From contig CAYNEK010000026.1 in the NCBI GenBank assembly GCA_964396175.1, positions 37,361-58,047 of the forward strand: a DNA stretch of 20,687 bases. The letters run 5' to 3'. A model generated the notes under the pieces. It searched no databases, had not been told where the DNA came from, and worked only from the letters and a program-made list of their open reading frames with translations. This DNA comes from an uncultured Polyangiaceae bacterium. GTDB lineage: Bacteria; Myxococcota_A; Polyangia; Polyangiales; Polyangiaceae. Below, piece after piece: positions 1 through 6,322 of the stretch. The stretch's first letter is position 1. Each line of letters opens with the position of its first letter. The position numbers and the translations under genes were made by a program.

Positions 1-159
1 GTCGCCGCCGTGGTCACTCCGCCCCCCGCGCGCACGTCGCTGCGCCGCCTCGCGTCGCCGCCGTGGTCACTCCGCCCCCCGCGTGCACGTCGCTGCGCCG
101 CCTTGCGTCGCCGCCGTGGTCACTCCGCCCCCCGCGTCCACGTCGCTGCGCCGCCTCGC
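1..159. repeat. Three perfect-length tandem copies of a 53-bp direct repeat (1-53, 54-106, 107-159). Copies differ only at unit positions 31-33 (cgc/tgc/tcc) and 51 (c/t/c). The array may continue left of the window.
   Basis: Direct reading: gtcgccgccgtggtcactccgccccccgcgNNcacgtcgctgcgccgccYcgc occurs three times head-to-tail. The 53-nt period is not a multiple of 3. It lies downstream (3') of the minus-strand oxidoreductase. Confidence 0.85.
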
Positions 160-162
160 ATC

Positions 163-308
163 ACCGCGCCGCCCTTCACATCGCGGCCACCGGCGTCCAC
201 CATCACTCTGCCGCCGCGCGCCGCCGCCTCGTGTCGCCGCGCCGCCCTTCACGTCGAGGCCCCCGGCGTCCACCATCACTCTGCCGCCGCGACCGCCGCC
301 TCGGGCCC
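163..308. repeat. Two tandem copies of a second repeat of about 73 bp (period measured from ccgcccttcaca at 169-180 to ccgcccttcacg at 242-253). Shared core is ...ggcgtccaccatcactctgccgccgcg... The second copy overlaps the last codons of the oxidoreductase gene.
   Basis: Direct reading of 160-310; two about 55-nt near-identical cores separated by similar GC-rich linkers (cgccgccgcctcgtgt / accgccgcctcgggcccg). Confidence 0.7.
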
Positions 309-2546
309 GAAGACGCCGTCCGCGAGGATCTCGGCGATGTCGCGCTGTTGGATGTCTCCCTCCTTCTCCTGGCTCTTCAAGCCGTCGGAGAGCATGGTCA
401 TGCAGAAGGGGCAGCCGCTCGCGATCGTCTTCGCGCCGGTGTCGATGAGCTGGAGCGTCCGCTTCACGTTGACGCGATCCTTGTTCTGCTCCTCCATGTA
501 CATCTGGGCGCCGCCCGCGCCGCAGCAGAGCCCCTTGTTGCGGCTCCACCCCTCGACCTCGACGAGCTCGACGCCCGGCACTCGCCTCAAGACCTCGCGG
601 GGCGCCTCGTAGACGCCGTTGTGACGACCCAGGTAGCACGAGTCGTGGAAGACGATCTTCTCGCGCACGGCGTGCTTGGGCGTGAGCTTCCCGGCCGCGA
701 GCAGCTCGAGGAGATACTCCGAGTGGTGGACGACGTCGTACGAGCCACCGAAGTCGGCGTACTCGTTCTTCAGCGTGTTGTAGCCGTGGGGGCACGCCGT
801 CAGGATCTTGCGGAGGCCCTTCTCTTTGTAGCCGTTCAGGGTCGCGATGTTCTGCTCGGCGAGCGTCAGGAAGAGGTACTCGTTGCCCGCGCGGCGCGCT
901 GGGTCGCCGGTGCAGGTCTCCTCGCTCCCGAGCACGGCGAAGTCGACGCCCGCCTCCTTCAGGAGCTTCGCGACCGAGCGGGCGACCTTCTTCGCGCGGT
1001 CGTCGTAGCTCGCGGCGCAGCCGACCCAGTAGAGGATCTCTGCGTCGGGGTGGTCGGCGAGGGTCTTCAGGTCGAGCCCGTCGCTCCACGCGGTCCGGTC
1101 CATGCGCGAGAGGTTCCAGGGGTTGCCGTTCGTCTCCATGCCGTTGAAGGGCTTCTGGAGCTCGGCCGGGAATTCTCCCTTGATGGTGACGACGTTGCGC
1201 CGCATGGCGACGATCTTGTCGACGTAGCTGATCATCACGGGGCACTGCTCCTCGCACGCGCGGCAGGTCGTGCAGGCCCAGATGACGTCGGGGTGGATGA
1301 CGTTGCCGATGAGATCCGTCGGAGAGAGCGTGGGGCGCGCGGGGTACGCGGGGTCGTCGCCCTCCTCGGCGAGGCGGTCGCCCGACCAGTCCCCGCGTCC
1401 GAGCGCCGACTTCGTGCGGAGGGCCTCGTCGCTCTCCAGCATGAAGTTGCGCAGATCGATCGTAAACTGCTTGGGTGAGAGCATCTTGCCCGTCTTGTGC
1501 GCGGGGCAGTTGTCGCTGCAGCGACCGCACTCGGTGCAGGTGTAGAAGTCGAGGATCGCCTTCCACGTGAAGTGATCGGCGCGCGCGACGCCGACCGGGG
1601 CCTCGAGCGGATCGTCCTTCTCGCTCGCCGCGCCGACGATCTCCATCAGCTCATCGCTGGAGCTCGCCATCTTCGGGAGGTTCCCGTACGGCTCGAGGTT
1701 GCGGAAAAAGACGTTCGGGATGGCCGTGATGATGTGGAAGTGCTTCGAGTGAGGGAGCACGTTCAAGAAGACGAGCACGAGCGCGGCGTGCACCCAGAAG
1801 CCGAGGTGCGCGGCGAAGACGAGCGCGCCCGCGGGGAGCGCGGCGACGGCGAAGGCGACCAGGGAGCTTACCGGCGCGAACCAGTGGAAGTCGAGGTGCC
1901 CGACCGTGAGCGCCTCGGGGCCGAGGGGCGCGACGAGGGTCTGTGCGGCGCCGCACACGCCGACGAGCTCCCCGTAGCGCGCGTCGCAGCCGAGCGTCGG
2001 CCAGCGCGCGGCGAGCGCCATCATCGAGCCGTTGTAGAGGAGATCGCCGATCATCATCGCGAGGATGATCCCGAGGATGACGAGGCCCTCGGTCGAGAGG
2101 CTCATCCGGCGTTGGACGCGGATCTTGCGGAGGTAGATGAAGGTGCTCGCGCCGGCGATGACGAGGACGATGAACACGTCCTTCAGCAGCTCGTAGAGCC
2201 TGCCGACGAGCGTGTCGTGGCCGAGGAAGAAGAAGTTGAACGGCGCGTAGAACCCGCGGCCCCAGAGGATGAGCGTGTTGACGAGGAGGACGAGGAAGCC
2301 GAGGAAGATGAGGTGGTGCGCGAGGCCCGCGGTCCGGTAGTAGTGGAGCCGCTTCTGCCCGAGCGCGTACTCGATGACGCCCTCGATCCGCTCGGGGATG
2401 CGGTCCCACCGGACCTCGAAGCGCCCGACCGAGAGGAGCTCGAGCCGGCGCGCCATGCTCACGACGAACACGACGTGGAGCCCGATGATGAGGAGGCCCA
2501 TCGCGATGGGGTTCATGTCGCGGCGGGGTGTAGGTGCCCTTGGCAC
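276..2546 (-). CDS. Membrane-anchored Fe-S oxidoreductase. The N-terminal domain is polytopic and His-containing, like DsrM/HmeC/NarI di-heme cytochrome b. It is fused to an HdrD/GlpC/DsrK-like domain with two 4Fe-4S ferredoxin motifs and two CCG cysteine-rich domains. The track start at 2546 is a GTG; an in-frame ATG at 2516 (MNPIAMGLLIIGL...) is an equally plausible start.
   Basis: 756-aa ORF. Hydrophobic helices with conserved His (HVVFVV, HHLIFLGFLVLL, HLGFWVHAALVLVFL, HSKHFHI). CxxCxxCxxxCP twice (CTECGRCSDNCP; CTTCRACEEQCP). CCG domains (GSEETCTGDP...; LCCGAGGAQ...PFC). Confidence 0.85.
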   Translation of the reverse strand: MPRAPTPRRDMNPIAMGLLIIGLHVVFVVSMARRLELLSVGRFEVRWDRIPERIEGVIEYALGQKRLHYYRTAGLAHHLIFLGFLVLLVNTLILWGRGFYAPFNFFFLGHDTLVGRLYELLKDVFIVLVIAGASTFIYLRKIRVQRRMSLSTEGLVILGIILAMMIGDLLYNGSMMALAARWPTLGCDARYGELVGVCGAAQTLVAPLGPEALTVGHLDFHWFAPVSSLVAFAVAALPAGALVFAAHLGFWVHAALVLVFLNVLPHSKHFHIITAIPNVFFRNLEPYGNLPKMASSSDELMEIVGAASEKDDPLEAPVGVARADHFTWKAILDFYTCTECGRCSDNCPAHKTGKMLSPKQFTIDLRNFMLESDEALRTKSALGRGDWSGDRLAEEGDDPAYPARPTLSPTDLIGNVIHPDVIWACTTCRACEEQCPVMISYVDKIVAMRRNVVTIKGEFPAELQKPFNGMETNGNPWNLSRMDRTAWSDGLDLKTLADHPDAEILYWVGCAASYDDRAKKVARSVAKLLKEAGVDFAVLGSEETCTGDPARRAGNEYLFLTLAEQNIATLNGYKEKGLRKILTACPHGYNTLKNEYADFGGSYDVVHHSEYLLELLAAGKLTPKHAVREKIVFHDSCYLGRHNGVYEAPREVLRRVPGVELVEVEGWSRNKGLCCGAGGAQMYMEEQNKDRVNVKRTLQLIDTGAKTIASGCPFCMTMLSDGLKSQEKEGDIQQRDIAEILADGVFGPEAAVAAAE

Positions 2547-2746
2547 ACGGCGTCAACCCGCGGCGCGGGCCGAGGACGAGCCACGGAATCCCGCGAGGTT
2601 CGCGGCGACGCACCCCCCGTGGGGAAAGGGACGCGGAGCGTCACGCGCGCGCTCCGGGCGGCCAGCTCGTCGAGACGGCCGACCTCGCCCCCGCTCGCGT
2701 CCCTTGGTGCGACGGGGGCTCTCCTGTACCCTCGCCGGGACGCATC
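2547..2746. promoter_or_regulatory. Divergent intergenic region between the oxidoreductase (minus) and the Ser/Thr kinase (plus). Presumed bidirectional promoter region; no confident -35/-10 or -24/-12 elements identified.
   Basis: 200-bp non-coding gap between divergently oriented starts. Confidence 0.3.
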
Positions 2747-4696
2747 ATGACGATCTCCGATCCTCGGCTCCGGCAGCTCCGCGACGAGCTCGCGCGCTCG
2801 ACGGTGGACGGGACCAGCAGGGTCGTCTTCCACCTCCGGGAGCTGCTCGGCGAGGGAGGGCAGGGTTGGGTGTACCGCGCCAGCTACGACGACCCGGACG
2901 GTCCGCCGATGGTCGTGAAGCTGCTTCGCCCGGACGTCGTATCGAACGACGCGCTCGCCCGGTTCCTCCGCGAGGCGGAGGTGCTGAAGAAGCTGTCCAC
3001 CCTGGCCCCGTCCCCGAGCCTCATCCGCTTCTTCGATCACGGGATCCACCGGATCACGATGCCGGACCGAGAGGCATACTCGATGCCGTTCATCGCCCTC
3101 GAGTATGTGCAAGGCACGAACCTGCAGAAGATCCTGGCCGAGCAGCCCGGCAAGGGGCTCCCGGCGGGGCGCACAAGGAGGCTCTTGCGCCAGATCGTCC
3201 GCGCCGTCTCGATGGTGCACGGCGCGCAGATCGTCCACCGAGACATCAAGCCATCGAACATCCTCGTCACGACCGAGGCGGGCGTCGAGGTGGCGAAGCT
3301 CACCGATTTCGGGCTCGTCAAGCGCTACGATATCGATGTCCGCGGCACCTTGATGATGGCCGGCGCGAGCACCGGCTACGCGCCGCCGGAGCAGTTCGAG
3401 GCCGGGAACAAGCGCGTCTCGGCGCGCACGGACGTCTTCTCGCTCGCCGCGGTGACGTACGAGTGTCTGACGGCGAGCGCCGCGTTCCCCGTCGCCGCTG
3501 CCGAGAGCGGGCTCCTCGTGCTGTCTCGCATGCTCTCCGGGGAGCGCCCCACGCTCGCCGCGAGCGGCACCACGTTGGCGCCCGAGCTCGCGGGGCGCGC
3601 GGATCTGATCGCCGCCATCGACCGCGAGCTCACCCGCGCGCTCTCAGCCGATCCCGATCAGCGACACGCCACGGTCGAGGAGCTCTGGGCTGCCATCGAG
3701 GAGTCGCTCCGGCAGGCCGAGCGCCCGTTCGGGTCGACCGCGCGCCTCGCGGCGGGTCCCCGCTCGAAGGCCCCTGGATCAGCGCCGTCGGCGGCCGCCG
3801 TGGCCCCGGTGACCCGCGCGCCCGACGTGCGCGTCGTCAGCTCGAGCCTCTTGCCCGAGACGGCGCGCGCGATCGCCTTCGCGCCCGACGGCCACACTGC
3901 CTACGCGCTCGGTCGGACCGCGCTCTTCCGCTTCCGGGGCGGGGTCTGGGCCCACGTGGTGCTCCCCGCGGGCTTCGACACGGCGGCGCTCACGGGCCTG
4001 CTCGTCTCGCCCGCGGCGGAGGTCGTGCTCTTCGGGCAGCGCGGCGCGCTCTTCGGGCTCTCGCCAGACGGCTCGCTGCGCCCGTGGGCCGCGGCGGATC
4101 CCGATCTGTCCTGGGTCGGCGGCGTGGTCGAGCGGAGCGAGATCCTCCTCGTCGGGACGAGCGCGATCCGCCGGGTGCCCGTCGTGGGGATCCTCCGGCA
4201 GGGCGGATCGCTCTCGACGGCGACGGTCGAGGGCTCTTCGCGCCTCCTCGCCGCGACGCGGCTCGAGAGCGGAAACATCCTCGCGTGCGGAGAGGCGGGT
4301 GAGCTCGCGGTGCTCGGCGCCGGACCCGCGCGCGGCCTCCCGTGGGGCCGGACGGGGCACCTCTTCGCGCTCGCGAGGACCGACGACGGTGTGCACATCG
4401 TCGGCACTGGCGGCCACGCGCTCCTCGTCGCCCGCGATCTCGGCGTGCGGCTCGAGCCCGTCCAGACGACGCGCGACCTCTTCTGCGTGACGGCGGAGGG
4501 AGGCCAGGTGCTCGCCGGAGGCACCGAGGGTCGCCTCGTCCGACGCACCCCCTCGGGCTGGACCCGCGTCCCTTTGCCGAAGGAGGCGACGGGCACCGTC
4601 CGCGCCATCACGATCGGCGACACGCACTTCACCTGCGCGCACGACGATGGCCTCGTCGTCGCCGGGAGGCTGGACGCCCTCGCACAGCGGGCGTGA
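2747..4696 (+). CDS. Hanks-type (eukaryotic-like) Ser/Thr protein kinase with a roughly 330-aa C-terminal Gly/Ala/Val/Leu-rich, beta-rich repeat region, possibly a beta-propeller. Start chosen at ATG 2747 (MTISDPRLRQ...); the track ORF begins further upstream at 2534.
   Basis: Gly-loop GEGGQGWVY, VAIK-like MVVKLL, catalytic loop HRDIKPSNIL, DFG (TDFGLV), APE-like GYAPPEQ. The start sits about 25 aa before the G-loop. Confidence 0.85.
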   Translation: MTISDPRLRQLRDELARSTVDGTSRVVFHLRELLGEGGQGWVYRASYDDPDGPPMVVKLLRPDVVSNDALARFLREAEVLKKLSTLAPSPSLIRFFDHGIHRITMPDREAYSMPFIALEYVQGTNLQKILAEQPGKGLPAGRTRRLLRQIVRAVSMVHGAQIVHRDIKPSNILVTTEAGVEVAKLTDFGLVKRYDIDVRGTLMMAGASTGYAPPEQFEAGNKRVSARTDVFSLAAVTYECLTASAAFPVAAAESGLLVLSRMLSGERPTLAASGTTLAPELAGRADLIAAIDRELTRALSADPDQRHATVEELWAAIEESLRQAERPFGSTARLAAGPRSKAPGSAPSAAAVAPVTRAPDVRVVSSSLLPETARAIAFAPDGHTAYALGRTALFRFRGGVWAHVVLPAGFDTAALTGLLVSPAAEVVLFGQRGALFGLSPDGSLRPWAAADPDLSWVGGVVERSEILLVGTSAIRRVPVVGILRQGGSLSTATVEGSSRLLAATRLESGNILACGEAGELAVLGAGPARGLPWGRTGHLFALARTDDGVHIVGTGGHALLVARDLGVRLEPVQTTRDLFCVTAEGGQVLAGGTEGRLVRRTPSGWTRVPLPKEATGTVRAITIGDTHFTCAHDDGLVVAGRLDALAQRA

Positions 4697-4902
4697 GCCG
4701 CGGTCACCACGCCGCGACCCGCTCCAGGCCTCGTGGATCGGCGCGCTCCACCGACAGACGCCGCACGAGGACACGCGATCGTCGAGGTGCGCCGCGCTGC
4801 GCGCGCCACGAGGCTCGCCGAGCCGCTCCTGCCTCCCGCCCCATACGCTGTCCACCTGGGACGGAATGCCGAATTTGCTTCTCAGCGGACCCGAGGGAGG
4901 TC

Positions 4903-5364
4903 ATGAGAGCCGTAATGATGGGCGACCGCCTTCTCGCGTCGACAGCGGCTCTGGCGGCGTGTGCGGCGCTCGTGTCGCCGGGCGCGTCCCCCGCGCGGGA
5001 GCTCGAGGCGCGTCTCCGCGCGGCCGCCGACGAAGACCCGATGGGGACGATGGCGACGGCGCTGCTCCTCGGCGGCGCGATCTTCTTCGCCGCCGAGCGC
5101 GGGGAGAACCCCAAGGTCACCTCCTTCGCCGACGCGCTCTATTTCGTCTCCACGAGCATGAGCGTCGGCTACTCGGACATCTTCCCGCGCACCGAGGCGG
5201 GCAAGCTCCTCTCGACGGTCCTCGCGGCGCTCGGGCCCGCGCTGACGGCCCGCGCGCTCGCCGACGCCAAGGCCCCCACGCGCGAGGACGACCGCGACGC
5301 CGCCCTGCTCGCCAAGCTCGACGAGATCCTGGTCGCGCTGAAGGACAGGCCCCAAGCGCCATGA
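4903..5364 (+). CDS. Small (153 aa) KcsA-like single-pore cation channel subunit (2 TM plus pore helix). The selectivity filter reads SVGYSD rather than TVGYGD. The stop TGA (5362-5364) overlaps the next gene's ATG as ATGA.
   Basis: GGAGG 7 nt upstream of ATG 4903. TM1 MATALLLGGAIFFAAE, pore FADALYFVSTSMSVGYSDIFP, TM2 GKLLSTVLAALGPALTA. Confidence 0.75.
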   Translation: MRAVMMGDRLLASTAALAACAALVSPGASPARELEARLRAAADEDPMGTMATALLLGGAIFFAAERGENPKVTSFADALYFVSTSMSVGYSDIFPRTEAGKLLSTVLAALGPALTARALADAKAPTREDDRDAALLAKLDEILVALKDRPQAP

Positions 5365-6152
5365 CGGAGCTCCTCCGCCTGGCGACCACCTTCCCGACGG
5401 TGGTCTTCACGGTGCTCGTCGGCGTCGTCCTCGTCTACTGGGCGTTCGTCATGCTGGGCGCGCTCGAGCTCGACGCGCTCGGCGGCGCCCACCACGCGCA
5501 CCTCGGCGACGTGGGGCACGACCTCGGTGACGTGGGCCACGGGCTCTTGCACGGGGGCCACGACGTCGGCTGCGCCGCACACGGCGCCCTGGACGCCGGA
5601 CACGACGTCGGAGACGCGAGCGACGGGGACACGCACGGCGACCACGGAGGCCAGGCGGCGCACGCCGCACACAGCGCCGGGCTGCTCGAGGCGCTGCGTC
5701 TGCGCTCCGCGCCGGTCACCGTCGTCGCGAGCCTCGTCGTCGTCTTCGCGTGGCTCGCGTCCGCGCTCCTCTCGTCGTGGTTCGGCTCGCCCCTCTGGCT
5801 CGCCCGCGCCGCGATCTTCGCGGGCTCCTTCGTCTTTGGCGTCCTCGCGACGTCGGTCGCGGTCCGCCCGCTCGCGCGGCTCTTCGTCACGCGCAAGGCG
5901 CGCGGCAACGCAGATCTCGTGGGGAAGGTGTGCGTCGTGCGCACCGGCGAGGTGACCGAGAGCTTCGGCGAAGGGGTCCTCGACGAGGGCGGCGCCTCGC
6001 TCGTCCTCCGCATCCGCCTCTCGGAGGGCGAGAGGCTCGCGCGCGGCGAGGAGGCGCTCATCCTCGAGTGGGACGCGCGCCGCGAGGCGTTCTTGGTCGC
6101 GCCCTTCGGGGACGTCCTCGCGCGCTCGGAGCGGCGCCCACCCAAGCGCTGA
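5361..6152 (+). CDS. YqiJ/NfeD-like inner-membrane protein: N-terminal TM helix, a His/Asp/Gly-rich repetitive loop ((L)GDVGH(D/G) repeats), further TM helices, and a C-terminal soluble beta (OB-fold-like) domain. It is the typical partner of flotillin/SPFH proteins.
   Basis: MTELLRLATTFPTVVFTVLVGVVLVYWAFVML (TM); HHAHLGDVGHDLGDVGHGLLHGGHDVG...GHDVGD; TMs VTVVASLVVVFAWLASALL / AAIFAGSFVFGVLATSVAV; C-terminal GKVCVVRTGEVTESFGEGVLDEGGASLVLRIRL. Architecture matches E. coli YqiJ-type NfeD short homologues; position immediately upstream of a flotillin gene. Confidence 0.75.
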   Translation: MTELLRLATTFPTVVFTVLVGVVLVYWAFVMLGALELDALGGAHHAHLGDVGHDLGDVGHGLLHGGHDVGCAAHGALDAGHDVGDASDGDTHGDHGGQAAHAAHSAGLLEALRLRSAPVTVVASLVVVFAWLASALLSSWFGSPLWLARAAIFAGSFVFGVLATSVAVRPLARLFVTRKARGNADLVGKVCVVRTGEVTESFGEGVLDEGGASLVLRIRLSEGERLARGEEALILEWDARREAFLVAPFGDVLARSERRPPKR

Positions 6153-6322
6153 GCTCCCCTCGGGCCCCGGCCGAGCCGTCGACCACCCAGGCCACTTCGC
6201 TTAGATCGTCGCTGTCGTCCCCTGCTCCGCGCGAGCGCGGCGGCGATCGTGACGGGGCTCCAAAGTTCGCTTATGCCTACATCGTCCGCTCGCCTCTTCC
6301 ATCCTCGGGATCCTCTGCTGCC

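Noticed and set aside
1-308. Possible CRISPR array at the left edge
   Set aside because: The repeats are directly abutting, with no unique spacers. They belong to two different families with different periods (53 and about 73 bp), and no cas genes are nearby. The tandem-repeat (VNTR/REP-like) interpretation is preferred.
2538-2560. TTGGCACACGGCGTCAA resembling a sigma-54 -24 element (TGGCAC)
   Set aside because: No GC dinucleotide at the required -12 spacing (the corresponding position reads CA). The motif also overlaps the putative start codon of the oxidoreductase, so it is probably a chance match.
63-2750. Long ORFs 63..1478 (+), 67..1566 (-), 1497..2750 (+) and 1651..2613 (-) overlapping the oxidoreductase gene
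   Set aside because: Their products are Arg/Ala/Pro/Gly-rich and low-complexity, with no motifs. They are antisense or out of frame relative to a gene with clear Fe-S/CCG motifs, which is the typical artefact of very high GC content.
4845-4875. ctgggacggaatgccgaatttgcttc upstream of the channel gene as a sigma-54 promoter for the flotillin cluster
   Set aside because: The GG and GC elements are 2-3 bp too far apart relative to the TGGCAC-N5-TTGCW consensus. Kept only as a negative observation.
4342-6152. N-terminally extended versions of the channel (4342..5364) and YqiJ-like (4647..6152) ORFs
   Set aside because: The extensions overlap the kinase gene or each other in other frames and are Arg-rich. 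ATG 4903 has a GGAGG RBS, and ATG 5361 is stop-overlapped (ATGA). Both shorter forms begin right at the first TM helix, as expected for these families.
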